Positions 11,401 to 23,100 of a DNA stretch of 64,000 bases are shown piece by piece. The position numbers were made by a program, and so were the translations under genes. The notes under the pieces are model-generated. The model was not told the origin of the DNA, searched no databases, and saw only the letters and a list, made by a program, of their open reading frames with translations. The stretch spans positions 32,001-96,000 of the forward strand of contig CM000432.1 of the NCBI GenBank assembly GCA_000165345.1, read 5' to 3'. Every line of letters begins with the position of its first letter. Position 1 is the stretch's first letter.

Positions 11401-12924
11401 ACAAACAACAGTATTTTTGAGAAATTCATTAATTAAAAGAAAAACACTTGAAATGTATTTATTAATAATTTCAGGGCTTATGTCATATTTTACCATTCCT
11501 AAGATAGTTAATGATTCAACAAGAATTTCTTGGTCAGATTTTTTTAAGTGGATTGGCTTGTTTGATACCTTATTATTGATAATATTAGAATCTAAGTATT
11601 TTTCCAGTTCTTTTTCATCCTCAAAGTGTAAATCATCATAATTTATGATTATATTCTCTAGTAAGCCTTGAGTATCGATGTATTCAACAATTGCTTGAAT
11701 CAAAGAATCTTGTATAATATTTGAGCAAGTTATTACAGAAATATAGGCTTCCTTTAGATCCTTAGGAGATATTACTCCAGTACGAGGTAGTTGGCTTGAA
11801 GATGATTGGAATTGAAGTGGGAAATAAGAAAATAGTACTTCAGAAATCAAATTTGAAAGAATTCCATTTTCATTCCCAGAATATAAGTCATTACTAATTC
11901 CTTGACCATTTTCGTCATTTTCTTTAATATCTTTTGAGTTGTATATTAGTTCAATATTTTGTTTCTCTTCTTCGGAAAGTTTTGGAATTCGACCATTGTA
12001 AAGTTGATAAATATCATATTCTCGATTTATTTCATGTTTTTCGCATGAAGATAAATTATTATTAATACTTTGATTATCATATTGAGAAATAACTTCTTGA
12101 AAATTTTCAATCATGTTTTGAATTAATGGAAAAGCCTTAATAAGGACTCTTGGATCTTTTTCATTCTCAATATGTTGGATAACAATAGGAACAATTCCTG
12201 GTCCAAGTCTAATTAATTCACTATAGTATTCCTTTTTATTGAATATATAAAGGAAAAAATCAATAATCTTTATTCTAGAAGAGTATATTAATTGTCTAGT
12301 GGATACTCTGTAAAGTACTTGAGTAATCAAATAGAAAGAAATACTCATTTTATAAAGTTCATCGTCATTTTTAACATCCTCAATGCCAAAATGATTAATA
12401 AACTTATGATATGAGCAAATTTCTGAGTAACTTTTAAAGTATTTCCCTTCATTAATAACCTCTCCTGGACCAAGATCTTCTAATTTTGTATTATTACCAT
12501 TCTCCAACTTAATTATAGGATTAAAATAGTATTCATCCTTAATATTTTCGTCTTCTCGTATATCAATTTTTATCTTTTGAAGTAAAGTAAAATCTTGACA
12601 AGCAAAAATACACTTAATAATCCCAATAACACTATCCACACACGCCCAATCTGAAATATAGTTCAATACAAAGCAGCTGAGTAATTTAATATGTGTTAAA
12701 GTAAAATCTTCATTTGGAAGGTAATTCAATAATACTTGTTCGATTATCTCTATTCCTCTCTTTTTTTGGGATACTATTGGTGAAACAAGCTCAGCTTCCA
12801 AAGCAACAATGAGATCTTCAATAGTTTTTTGCTTATTAGTCAGAAGAGTTGATATTATTTTAACATCATTATTTTGAAGTTTGTCACTACTAATGCAGCT
12901 GGCAATAGTAATCTCAAAATCCAT
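8500..12924 (-). CDS. MMS19: MMS19-like HEAT-repeat protein of the cytosolic Fe-S cluster targeting complex. The true ATG is at 12924..12922; the track start at 12927 is TTG
   Basis: The N-terminal region (LIVALEAELVSPIVSQKKRGIEIIEQVLLNYL and, later, ENEKDPRVLIKAFPLIQNMI) aligns with human MMS19 (VVEALGSSLENPEPRTRARAIQLLSQVLL and GEKDPRNLLVAFRIVHDLI). The remaining ~1470 aa are helical-repeat sequence. Confidence 0.5.
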   Translation of the reverse strand: MDFEITIASCISSDKLQNNDVKIISTLLTNKQKTIEDLIVALEAELVSPIVSQKKRGIEIIEQVLLNYLPNEDFTLTHIKLLSCFVLNYISDWACVDSVIGIIKCIFACQDFTLLQKIKIDIREDENIKDEYYFNPIIKLENGNNTKLEDLGPGEVINEGKYFKSYSEICSYHKFINHFGIEDVKNDDELYKMSISFYLITQVLYRVSTRQLIYSSRIKIIDFFLYIFNKKEYYSELIRLGPGIVPIVIQHIENEKDPRVLIKAFPLIQNMIENFQEVISQYDNQSINNNLSSCEKHEINREYDIYQLYNGRIPKLSEEEKQNIELIYNSKDIKENDENGQGISNDLYSGNENGILSNLISEVLFSYFPLQFQSSSSQLPRTGVISPKDLKEAYISVITCSNIIQDSLIQAIVEYIDTQGLLENIIINYDDLHFEDEKELEKYLDSNIINNKVSNKPIHLKKSDQEILVESLTILGMVKYDISPEIINKYISSVFLLINEFLKNTVVCSETTYKLLLSIFFIFINIELKFRNGQQILNTAVNQFIIPKLLLKLNSNQQLDLFAFNILEIFILTNNKAVIENIKNNFILIDILNNNHLERIHINSKLLITLYLTDSNENNQYFQASEAKDNIEKEIKSEKLDSEEVQDSCIDSFNSRMFTYIESIEKNEKYSKSGNLEDLELPQFCLFLILKYILNDYKQFINQFFQALDFHWSNYIHRTEIEKNYITGISAFLLLTNSLESREHWNNYLDTNNININENDGKSFIQNSNSIIENLIYTIIKEEEIPSNMVNIFIKNNINVSILDSISSTMSLDKWELVNKKISNIINILSSKKWNNICFIDHFSIKFNHWVGTIIDSISNITDYELIFENKNLFYEISKGFGILTYKLFKHIFELSNQNDKIMSLNDEVFEEIESKLNNSVNCWLIFVYINELLIQILSSNLKNQLFLEKFGRIFIHWINNKIENYNIDSYNSEKIYRLINLEVEKLVINLLILIKSKENKVENDENNNLLDYKEKNKIIYNKTLRYYLFNDIGHLENNYNEIKKLFDKVSHDYYDSITTNSESNIENVYSDLFSALYITGSDLNLLKNPNSNDFSITIGKTKYLFDKSEKVDYNKFENEFQFNSNQNISCKIISIMTICNNNIGKYLFELTELKTSNSINFENAKNSTLKADNKQETKPIYLSQNNSSDPIEELWPEVIPLSDNCYNKINLNHPDIQEKVLKVHNILLESFSGIYPLSPYVERESYDYPLLLVPIISSMSNLNIKNIVDSLSSSSINLILMISLIECTNFEKYQLVKLENPKLVKYLTEKTSKDESTLDLSEYIKEIKKLLICKQPSKESEKWNKSMHELQIHNLQLLSVLMRILHYTRENKLMIYEKRNQNKHSLDFVLENLRVYSILVSNILENHPNALVRFLCNLIISQIFKFPTVFRTNIKDDIVKSLTNSSNNDNNKGLRKMSCILKLKILTLNDHIY

Positions 12925-13226
12925 CAAATTTAAATAAAATCTTGCAATAAATAAATAACTTGGAATATATAATAATAAACTTAATTATGATCAGAATATA
13001 TTTGATTATTCCTTAAGTCAAAAAGAATAAAAATATTACAATATTAATCAATTTTGCAAATATTTAAATTTGGAGCCAAAAATTATTTTAAATAATATAA
13101 TGTATAAATTTACTACAAGCGTATAAAGTGTGAGGGTATCGTAAATAATATTTTAAAAAAAATTAAATTTAATAAATATGTAATTAAAGCTAAGACTTTG
13201 TCTGAAACAGATGTAAATTCAAAGCC

Positions 13227-16200
13227 ATGACTGAAGATCAGATAAAAATGTCTTCAACAGATTCTCTGGACTCTTGTTCAATATCTAATTCATCAGATGA
13301 AAATTCTCTGTTTCTCGAAGAAAATTATACAAATATTATTACAATTTCAGATGATAATTTGGAAGATTCAGTTTCAGAAATTGAAGGGGAAATTAGCTCA
13401 AATCTTTCAAGTTTTGAAGAAAACTCTTTAGTTGACAGTTTTTCTTCAGACTCTAATGATCTTAATAAAGATGATGAAAATGAGAAATTAGAAACAAATT
13501 TTGATGATGTTTTTAAAAAATGTGATAATGATGTTTTTATTAATAATAAAGGATTTTCAACAAATTTAAGCCATAAGAATATTTTTAATTATAGTATTAA
13601 TGATTATTTAATATTAGAGCCTTATTTACATTATAGTGAAGAATTTGATAAAAAAGATGACATATTATCTAAGAAATACGACTTAATTAATGGTTTAAAG
13701 CAACAATTAATAGAAGATGAAGATAAATTTGCTGTGAATGGAAACAAAAGGATCTTTCAAGAAGAGCTTATCAAGTTAAACAATCATAATTTTGGTCATC
13801 CTTCATCTATTTGCCATGACAATAATGGACTAATTTTTGTGGGTACAATTAAAGGTTTCTGCTTAATTTTCTTAGAAACAAGCTCAAAGAAGTGTATAGT
13901 TATTGATCCTATTAATGGCTTTTTTTCAAAAATTACTTCAATTTGTATTTCAAAATCAGAAAGTAAAGATTTTGTTTTTTTGTCATTAGCTACTATTGAC
14001 GGAAACCTTTGTCTTTGGAGATTAAATATTGCTAATTTAAAAGAGTTTCTCATGAATGATTGTAATTCATCAAATCATTCAGGCAAAGAAGCTTTACAGG
14101 ATAATATTTTACTTTTTTCCGATTCAAGTAAATGTAATGAAAAAGCATCTCTAGGAGGTACTCAAATTTATCATATTAAAGGCTCAAGTGAAGAAGAGAA
14201 AGAATACTTAAATGATGGTACGATCAAGGATACAGTTAATATAGAGATTAGTAACCAAATTGAAAATGAAGAAGTAATTGAGAATGGAATAGTTTCTAAA
14301 ATGGCTATTTTGTTGAATAATTCTCCAAAACATATAAAGTATGGAATTTTGAATCACGAATTCATTGATATTAGAAGTCAAGAATCTGTTAATAGATTAG
14401 CTATTTTCATTAGTGATTTACAAGGGAATCTTTACGTAACTTTATTAGTTAAAGGGTCTCCAAAAACGAATAATGAAGATGAAACCAATAAAAATATTGA
14501 AAAGATGATAGATGAATGGATAATTCATGAAAAGATCTTCCTTTATAATTCAGAAGAGGATATTATTCATCAGTTTAGAAGTCTTCCTCCTCCACCATTA
14601 AGAAAGAATTTACCCCAAGAAAATACTCAGGTAAATTCAGGACAAACTAGTAAAAGAGAAATTCATCCAATGGATCATTACCAATTTTATTTGGTAGCTG
14701 GAAGAAAGGGATTTTCACTTATTAGTATGCTTCCTCATCCTGCTCTCTGTAATGTAGTGAATTTAGTGGATGATCTAAGAAAAATGAATTTCAAAATACC
14801 TGAGAATGAGATCAATGGAGTTTATTTAACTTGGCTCCGTCCTAGTATAATTTCAAAGAATGCAGAAAGTGTACAGATGCAAATTAGAATCTTAGCTTCA
14901 ATCTCAAGGTATTTGTGTATTTACGAAATAAAATCATTCGAAGAATTTGAGAATTCTGATGAAATTAAGGTCGAGTTAAAATTATCAGCAGTTTGGACAA
15001 TTTTTGACTCAATTCATGGAATATTTGCATTGAGTGAAAATATGATAGCTTTATTAATTGGATTTCGAGGAATTTATATATATCAAATAGTAGAAGATTA
15101 TGATGGATTTAATTCTACTACAAAACTATGTAAAAACACAAACAAACTGAATGTTATAACACAGGCATACATAGAAGAGGAATATCAGCAAAATCTAGAA
15201 CAAAAACAAATACTTGATAATTCGTCAAATAATGTTTTTGATAACTTAAAGAGTCCACAAGATGCATATTTAATTATTAAAAGTAAACCGATAGATTTAA
15301 ACAATCAGGTAAATGAGATGCTAGTTTGCATTCATAAATACAATGACAATAATAAGAAATTATTTGTTGTTTCTCAGACTGTGACAAATGATTTACAAGA
15401 ATCTATTGACTTATTCAGTCAATCTTTTATTCAGTGCAGGACTGGGAAAAGCGTTCGTGTATTACTTCTACTAAATGATAAGATTATTTCACTTTTGATG
15501 TTATTTAAATCGTGGATACCTTTTTTAGAAAATGAATTCAATACAAATATGGAACAAATTAAAAGCTTTATATATGATGATATTTCATGGTCCAGACTTT
15601 CTACATCCTTTATATCACTTTACGAGAAAAGATTACCAAGCCTTCAGACTTGGACAAATATTGATAAAATGATGATTTTAAATATATTAAAAAATATTTT
15701 CAATTCATTATTAGATAATGTAGCTGGTTTCCACTCTAAGATTGAAAGTAAATTATTTGAAGTCTATATAAAGCAAGTTATAAAGCTAATTATAGACTCA
15801 AGTATTAGGTTAAAGTTTTGGGAGTATTTGTTTGAAGAGTTAATACCAGTTATTCAATCTTTAAATTTCGTTCAATTATCTCTAATAGTCAAGGAAGAAC
15901 AGTCAGAAATGATTTCTCTGTTAGACTACTACCTAATTTCGATTGTGGATAGATTTATTGGAAAAGAAATAAGCTGGGAGCTGTTGGATGATGACTTTTT
16001 AAAGCTATTGATTAGCTGGTACAAAAATCGAATTCTAAAATTTGAAAAGCACAAAATTGAGAACAGCCTAGAAGATAATAAGGCCAAAATAGATGATAGT
16101 ATCAATGATATATTTAATCAAGTCCAATTTATTTTGATTAGAACCTTGAAAGTGGACTACTCAGCAACAAGTTCAAATGGAGGAATTGGAAATCCATGGT

Positions 16201-19200
16201 TAGTTTTTGTACCACTATTTAAAAAGTATGACGTTTGGACAAGTTATATATTACTATATCTATTTAGTAGAAAAGATCCAGTTGACCTATTTAAAAGAAT
16301 TATGGTTCAAATGTACGATTATTTCATTCAAGTACATACATTAAACCAACAAAATGAGGCTTTTAATCTGGAAAATAATTTATTACAAGTAATAGATATT
16401 GTTGAATTGCAAAAAAAACTTGAAGAAAACAAAACAATACAAAGCTATTACTACTTTATTTATTCTTTAATTTTTAGAGAAAGTTACCCTTTTAATGAGG
16501 ATGAAGTTAAAGATTTTGACCATTTACAAATAACTAATATTCCATTAATTTTAGATACTGATGTATTTATCAAAGCACTTCTTGAGGAGATTAATGTTGA
16601 AAAACTCAAAATAATTAAAAATAATTGTGAATTATTGATTTTCACTTCATTCAGATTCTATGTATATATATTAGTTGAACTAAAAAAGAAGAAGAACTCT
16701 CTAATACATTTGTCAGAAGAAACTGTTAATGAAGATAATGAAGAGGAGAAAGAGAGAAAAATGGTGAGATTTGAAAAGATTTATTTAATAATGGAAGATC
16801 AATTGGAGTTGTTTGTTTACAAAGTATTGAAAATTGATGAGGCTGATGATTCTAAAAAACTGAATCATTTAATTAATTCTGATTCCCCATTGAAAAAAAA
16901 TTTAGATCTAAAAACTGATATTTTAAAAAACATTATTTGGAAGAGTAGCAAACTTGGGTTATCTGTGAACTATTTATTAGGAAATTACTTGAACTGGGTA
17001 ATATTTAATATTAAAGATTGCAACATTAAGAAAGAGAGCAACTACAAGATATTAATCAATTGTTTCTTTAAAATAATAGAAAAACTAAAAGTTAATTTTG
17101 AAGAAACAGAACAAATTTCAAACTTAGTAAAGAGTATGGAATACAATCTAATAATGGCAATAATAAATAGCAACAGAAATAATGAGGGAATGAATTTTCT
17201 TAATATTCTTTTGAATTGTGTAGGAATTGATAATTATCATACTCAGGAAGATGAATTATTATTTTTTGATCATAATCAAGTTATTAAAGAGTACAATAAA
17301 CTTGAAATGAATCAAAAATTATCTAAAATATTGAAAAAATATTCACTATATAACTTATCATTGTATTTATCAATTCAAGTTTATGATTTGGAAAGTATAT
17401 TGGATATGTACTCAAAGAAGCACTTTATTAATAATAATATTTTGAGAGAATTATATATAATGGATGAAGAGAACAATAATATACTATTTTCACTAAATTA
17501 TATTCTAAGCACAATTGAAAAAGGGATAAATTTTAAGGTATTTGATTATGATCAGGCATTTATATTGATTATTAAATATACAGATTTACTGATTAAGATC
17601 GACTCACTAAATACAATAGACTTGATCATACATATTTTGAGTAGGTGTTTGGATGATGAATTTAATTCCATAAGTAAGAACCCTGTATCGTATTATGCCA
17701 AAATAATTCAAGATGATTTGGACCAAAAAATAAAGAAATTATTATTAGGATCATTGTTATATTACAATGGTACTAAAAATAGTTGTTTTCAGGAAGAAAT
17801 TCTTCTAAGTGATAATTCAATATATAAGAATAAACCAGAATTGAAAAGATGGAATGAGCTGGTTAATCAACTAATACCTCAGTATTTAGAGAGCTTTTTG
17901 AAAGAAAAGAGAACTAATGATTCATCAGTGTTAAATATTTTAGATTACTGGTATCAGAGTTCAGTAAGACATGATGAGTTACTCAATACTCCTTTTGAGA
18001 AATGTTACCACATATGTAGAGAATTAAACAATGAATTTGGAATGATTTATATAAATCAGATATTTTCTGTTAACCCAAATCTATACAACTCTAGTGTTTG
18101 TGAAACGTCAGATCAAATTTTCAAATTTTGCATTTTAAGATTTAAAAGTTATCTTTCAAAAATTAGGGGATTATTAGAGGGAAGATTTAGTAAGGAGACT
18201 TTTAGCTTAAATTCGAAAATGATAGCTAAAGATAAAACTATATTATATTCATTTGATCTTGAAGAGATGAATTCATTAAAGAGTAGAAAAGACTTTTATT
18301 TATTATGGGAGGAATTAATTGAATTTACCAACTTTATTTATTTATATTGCTTTACGAACAATAATTCCAATGTTAATCACTATCATTATGAAATCAAGAA
18401 TGGAAGATATATTGAGTTTTATAAAGATATTTTAGAGTGCTTACTAATAGAAATTGAAAGCATTTCCGAGAGATATAACAGGATATTAACAAAAATAGCA
18501 GAAGAATTTCAAGTTAAAAAGGGAGGTAAAATATCTCAAAATTTGGATTTAAAATTACTTGGGATTGATCTAATAGTTATTTTATACTATATACTGGCTT
18601 GCTTTATACTTGGAAATAATAACTACCAGTATTTATTAGAAAAGTATCTAATAAAGTTTGGTTTTCTTTCAGATTTTCTTTTTAATTCAAAGTTAAATAA
18701 GTTGTTTTCAAGTCCAATTAGCAGTTATTACATTTTTATTAAACCAATTTTGCAGTTAATAGTCAGCGAAGCAAAATCCAAAAGTAATGAAGAAACTAGC
18801 AGAGATCCAAACACAAACTTTCCATGTAAATTTTGGCGCCATTTAGCTCTGGAAATGATGAATTCAAAAATATTCATTGATAAATGCAATGATGAAGTTG
18901 GTCAGCTATTCCAAGGAGATTTACTACATATTTTTTATTCTCTTGTTAATACAATTAAAAAAGCTATAATTGTTCAATTTAATGACCAATCGAATAACTT
19001 TGTGAATTCACACGAGTCGAGATATTTAGAAAATAGAAATAAGATACATGAACAATATTTGAAGTATGGATTAAAGTCAAATTGTTTCTACTGTAAACAG
19101 TCTATTTCTAATTTTGAAGAGGAAGATCTTAAATCAAAAACACAAAACCCTCACTCTTATTCGTTTAATATTATTTCAAATGGGATCAATGAATTTTCGT

Positions 19201-19526
19201 TTAACGATAACAATTTTAATATATTAAACGACAGAAATAGTGAGGGTAGTATTATAATTGAGAGACCAATTCAACGGAAATTCAGTGTGAATGGCAATAG
19301 AGAAAATGAGAATTCCGATGAAGAAAGTGATCCTATGAATATTAATAAACTATATGTATTTCATTGCGGAAATGTTTTTCATAAGAAATGTCTCTATAAC
19401 AGTATTAATAATAAATTTGGTCTCCCGAATGATAAGAAAAATGAAATTTCGGGAAATTTATATACTGGAGATAGAGATTTAACAAATAATTGTTTACATC
19501 AATACAGAGTTTCCTTCAATTATTAA
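13227..19526 (+). CDS. Giant (2099 aa) protein with an N-terminal WD40-like propeller region, a long alpha-solenoid, and a C-terminal RING-H2-like motif; Vps8/CORVET-HOPS-like
   Basis: ATG at 13227. The N-terminal beta-propeller-like segment (FVGTIKGFCLIFLE...LATIDGNLCLWRLN) and the C-terminal ...LYVFHCGNVFHKKCL resemble the Vps8/Vps41 class architecture. The functional assignment is tentative. Confidence 0.5.
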   Translation: MTEDQIKMSSTDSLDSCSISNSSDENSLFLEENYTNIITISDDNLEDSVSEIEGEISSNLSSFEENSLVDSFSSDSNDLNKDDENEKLETNFDDVFKKCDNDVFINNKGFSTNLSHKNIFNYSINDYLILEPYLHYSEEFDKKDDILSKKYDLINGLKQQLIEDEDKFAVNGNKRIFQEELIKLNNHNFGHPSSICHDNNGLIFVGTIKGFCLIFLETSSKKCIVIDPINGFFSKITSICISKSESKDFVFLSLATIDGNLCLWRLNIANLKEFLMNDCNSSNHSGKEALQDNILLFSDSSKCNEKASLGGTQIYHIKGSSEEEKEYLNDGTIKDTVNIEISNQIENEEVIENGIVSKMAILLNNSPKHIKYGILNHEFIDIRSQESVNRLAIFISDLQGNLYVTLLVKGSPKTNNEDETNKNIEKMIDEWIIHEKIFLYNSEEDIIHQFRSLPPPPLRKNLPQENTQVNSGQTSKREIHPMDHYQFYLVAGRKGFSLISMLPHPALCNVVNLVDDLRKMNFKIPENEINGVYLTWLRPSIISKNAESVQMQIRILASISRYLCIYEIKSFEEFENSDEIKVELKLSAVWTIFDSIHGIFALSENMIALLIGFRGIYIYQIVEDYDGFNSTTKLCKNTNKLNVITQAYIEEEYQQNLEQKQILDNSSNNVFDNLKSPQDAYLIIKSKPIDLNNQVNEMLVCIHKYNDNNKKLFVVSQTVTNDLQESIDLFSQSFIQCRTGKSVRVLLLLNDKIISLLMLFKSWIPFLENEFNTNMEQIKSFIYDDISWSRLSTSFISLYEKRLPSLQTWTNIDKMMILNILKNIFNSLLDNVAGFHSKIESKLFEVYIKQVIKLIIDSSIRLKFWEYLFEELIPVIQSLNFVQLSLIVKEEQSEMISLLDYYLISIVDRFIGKEISWELLDDDFLKLLISWYKNRILKFEKHKIENSLEDNKAKIDDSINDIFNQVQFILIRTLKVDYSATSSNGGIGNPWLVFVPLFKKYDVWTSYILLYLFSRKDPVDLFKRIMVQMYDYFIQVHTLNQQNEAFNLENNLLQVIDIVELQKKLEENKTIQSYYYFIYSLIFRESYPFNEDEVKDFDHLQITNIPLILDTDVFIKALLEEINVEKLKIIKNNCELLIFTSFRFYVYILVELKKKKNSLIHLSEETVNEDNEEEKERKMVRFEKIYLIMEDQLELFVYKVLKIDEADDSKKLNHLINSDSPLKKNLDLKTDILKNIIWKSSKLGLSVNYLLGNYLNWVIFNIKDCNIKKESNYKILINCFFKIIEKLKVNFEETEQISNLVKSMEYNLIMAIINSNRNNEGMNFLNILLNCVGIDNYHTQEDELLFFDHNQVIKEYNKLEMNQKLSKILKKYSLYNLSLYLSIQVYDLESILDMYSKKHFINNNILRELYIMDEENNNILFSLNYILSTIEKGINFKVFDYDQAFILIIKYTDLLIKIDSLNTIDLIIHILSRCLDDEFNSISKNPVSYYAKIIQDDLDQKIKKLLLGSLLYYNGTKNSCFQEEILLSDNSIYKNKPELKRWNELVNQLIPQYLESFLKEKRTNDSSVLNILDYWYQSSVRHDELLNTPFEKCYHICRELNNEFGMIYINQIFSVNPNLYNSSVCETSDQIFKFCILRFKSYLSKIRGLLEGRFSKETFSLNSKMIAKDKTILYSFDLEEMNSLKSRKDFYLLWEELIEFTNFIYLYCFTNNNSNVNHYHYEIKNGRYIEFYKDILECLLIEIESISERYNRILTKIAEEFQVKKGGKISQNLDLKLLGIDLIVILYYILACFILGNNNYQYLLEKYLIKFGFLSDFLFNSKLNKLFSSPISSYYIFIKPILQLIVSEAKSKSNEETSRDPNTNFPCKFWRHLALEMMNSKIFIDKCNDEVGQLFQGDLLHIFYSLVNTIKKAIIVQFNDQSNNFVNSHESRYLENRNKIHEQYLKYGLKSNCFYCKQSISNFEEEDLKSKTQNPHSYSFNIISNGINEFSFNDNNFNILNDRNSEGSIIIERPIQRKFSVNGNRENENSDEESDPMNINKLYVFHCGNVFHKKCLYNSINNKFGLPNDKKNEISGNLYTGDRDLTNNCLHQYRVSFNY

Positions 19527-19726
19527 CTGTATCAAAAAAATTATGTATATTTCGACTATATATTTATTTAAAAAAAAAAAGTTAAGAACAATTATAAAAT
19601 ACTGAAATTAGTACTTTAAACTCTCAAATAATAAATTAATTCATATATATTTTTCTTTTATTTACTTTGCATTTTTTTTCTTTAATCCATTTTGCATGTA
19701 ATTAAGATATTTTAGATTCCCCCCTA

Positions 19727-19745
19727 GCGCGCCTTGGCGGCAAAT
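19727..19745. promoter_or_regulatory. GCGCGCC and TTGGCGGCAAA boxes upstream of the repeat-protein gene
   Basis: ccccctagcGCGCGCCTTGGCGGCAAAtgc. A GCATGTA lies nearby at 19694. Confidence 0.35.
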
Positions 19746-20197
19746 GCACCATTCTTTATTTTTTAGATATCGAAATTAAAAATTAATAATAAATGTGTCA
19801 CAATTGATAGGTATCGGGTACCTATATTAATTAATGGTTTTATTAACAAATAAAACTTTAAGAAAAAAATAAATTAAAAGTCGAGTGCATGTACGGAATT
19901 AAAAATTAATAGTCAGATCAATAAAAAAAAAGATTCTTAAAAAAATTAAATGATTTAAATGTGTGTAATAAATAGAGGAAAAGTGAATTAATTTGAATAC
20001 CGAATCATAATCAATACAAGCAGATTACATTACAGCCAAATAAAAGTTTGTGAGTCTATGATTTTTTTTTTTTGTCAGTTAAAGTTTTCTAAGTTATAAG
20101 GCTTTTTATTTATTATTTTTTTTTTTTTTATATTAATATTATTAGTAATTAAATAATGAAACGTAATATTTAAATTAAATAAGTTAATTAATAAATA

Positions 20198-23100
20198 ATG
20201 ACAATTTCTAGAAGCAGTTCATCATTAAATGAAGATGGAAAAATCAATCGAAGTAAGATTGTTCCATATATTACAAGAGAGATGAGTATTGCTCAGCTTC
20301 AAGATAAGAAATACCATAGTTTTGTGCAAAATACATTGGCAGATTATCAAGCAAGTGCATTTGATGCTCAGAAAATTGCATTGGAAAAAGATAAAGAGCT
20401 TAAAGAGTTGAGAGATACACAAAATTCAGTTAAGGTTTCGTTAAAGTATTATCAAGAGAAATGCCAGCAGTTAGAAAATGAGCTTAAAGCAACTTCAATG
20501 GGGCTATTATATGGGAGGAAGGAAAAAGAACAAGAGAGAGAAATTGCAAGATTGAGTACTGAAATAACAAGTTTTGAGAAAAAAAAAGAGGAGTTAGAAA
20601 CAAACTTGAGATATTATCAAGATAGAGAAATGTATTTACAGCACGAGTTGGAACTTAAAGAAAATGAATTAAATAAGCTATCTCAAGAATTTGCCACTTT
20701 AACAGAGACATATAATAGTACATATTCGGAATTAGAGAAATGTAAATTTGACTTAAGTACGGAACAGAATAATAATAAAACATTAGAAAATCAATTAAAA
20801 GTAAAGAATGACGAGATTACAAAATATAAAGGAAGTTTAACAACTAAAGAAGCGGAAATTAATAATTTGAAGAATGAAATACAAAAATTGAACTCAATGG
20901 TTGAAATCAATAAATCTGAAATAAATACTATTAGTGAGCAGCTTAAATTAAAACAGAAAGAGTGCTTAGATTATAGTAGTAAGATTCAACAAATAGAATT
21001 GGATATGAGAAAAAACTTGGATGAAAACGAAGTATTAATTAAGGATTTAAATTCACAGATAACTTTGACTAGAAATGACTTGACTCAAAAGGTTGAATTA
21101 ATTAATGAGTTAAACTCTCGAATTTCTACATTAGATTTAAAGCTACAAGAATCGTCAAGAGATATATTGGAAAAAGAAAAAACTATAGGAAAGCTTAAAG
21201 CTGAACAGCAGATTACTAGTTTAGAGGCTGATGGTCTTAAAACGAAGATTCAGATTATTGAACAAGAGAAAACCAATATTGAACAAGAAATTGAAACGAT
21301 ATTGGTAGAAAAGAAAAAAATAGATGAAGAACTTAAAGATACAATTAATAGGAAGAATTCCAAGTTAGATGAAGCTTTAACTTACAGAATTGAATCAGCT
21401 ATAACTGCTGAGAGAGAAATTAATCAACTTAAAGAAAAGAACCAAATAATTGAATTTGAGAAAAAAATGATGGAGGAAAAATTGGAAATTTCTAATAATA
21501 ATATAAAAATAAAAGATGATGAAATTCAACAACTTAAAACTACAATCCAAGATCTTAATCGACAAAATATTAAACTTGAGAATGAGCTTCATTCATTACA
21601 AGAAAGTAGCAGAAGAGAAAGTGTGGAGAATACATTTAGAAGTAGTAGAATTGGCTCAAATATTGTAAGTAGTAAAATCAATGCATCATCTGGGTCTACA
21701 GTTAATACCAGTGAAAATACAATTTCTAGTAATATAGCAACTAGTAATGCTGAAACTGTTGAAAAAGTAGTTAATGCTGATACTTTAGTTGACACATCTA
21801 TTCAAGATTCAGCTGTAAATGCTGCTTCTACAACAGTTAAAATGCCATCATCCAAATCAATTTCAAGTAAAAGTGCAATTTCCTCATTGCCAAAGCCAAA
21901 AGCTAAAAGTGCAGTTAAATCAGCTCCTGCTACTGAAGAGAATAACGGTGATCAAACAATATCTGAACCTGCATCTATATCTGAAGTTAAATCTAAAGCT
22001 GGAAGTAAATCAATGCCAGTTTCAAAATCCAAATCTGTAATTAAAGCTAAATCTCAGGTTGTTGCTAAATCCGATATGGATTCTGGACAAATTGTAAAGG
22101 AAGACAATGAGACCAAGGACAATGAGGATGAAGCGGCCAAGGTTAGAGCTCAGAAAGAAAAGGAGGAAGCAGAAGCAAAAGCTTTAAAAGAGAAGGAAGA
22201 AGCTGAGGCCAAAGCCAAGAAAGAAAAAGAAGAGGCTGAGGCTAAAGCTTTAAAGGAGAAAGAAGAAGCTGAGGCCAAAGCTAAGAAAGAAAAGGAGAAG
22301 GAAGAAGCTGAGGCCAAAGCTAAGAAAGAAAAAGAGGAAGCTGAGGCCAAGGCTAAGAAGGAAAAGGAAGAAGCTGAGGCCAAAGCTTTAAAAGAGAAAG
22401 AAGAAGCTGAGGCTAAAGCCAAGAAAGAAAAGGAGAAGGAAGAAGCTGAGGCCAAGGCAAAGAAAGAAAAAGAGGAGGCTGAGGCTAAAGCTAAAAAGGA
22501 GAAGGAGGAGGCTGAGGCAAAGGCCAAGAAGGAGAAGGAGGAAGCTGAAGCCAAAGCTAAGAAAGAGAAGGAGGAAGCTGAGGCCAAAGCTAAGAAAGAA
22601 AAAGAGGAAGCTGAGGCCAAGGCTAAGAAGGAGAAGGAGGAAGCTGAGGCCAAGGCTAAAAAGGAGAAGGAAGAGGCTGAGGCTAAAGCCAAGAAAGAAA
22701 AGGAGGAGGCTGAGGCTGAGGCTGAGGCAAAGGCAAAGAAAGAAAAGGAGGAGGCTGAGGCAAAGGCCAAGAAGGAGAAGGAAGAAGCTGAGGCCAAAGC
22801 TAAGAAAGAGAAGGAGGAAGCTGAGGCCAAAGCTAAGAAAGAAAAAGAGGAAGCTGAGGCCAAGGCTAAAAAGGAAAAAGAGGAGGCTGAGGCTAAAGCC
22901 AAGAAAGAAAAAGAAGAGGCTGAGGCTAAAGCTAAGAAGGAGAAGGAGGAAGCTGAGGCCAAGGCTAAAAAGGAGAAGGAAGAGGCTGATACAAAAGAGA
23001 AAGAGAAGACAGAAATCAAAGAAAATTCAAAAATAGATTCAGATAGTGAGGAAAACTCTGAATCTAAAGAAAAGAAGTCAACTGGACTACTTGCTAAGAC

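Noticed and set aside
19797-19838. Imperfect palindrome ATAGGTAtcgggTACCTAT upstream of the repeat-protein gene
   Set aside because: The arms are only 7 bp with mismatches. It occurs once and has no supporting context.
22150-22990. The 36-nt tandem array as a CRISPR-like or satellite repeat
   Set aside because: It is in frame within a long ORF, has no spacers, varies at synonymous sites, and the context is eukaryotic. It is a coding repeat.
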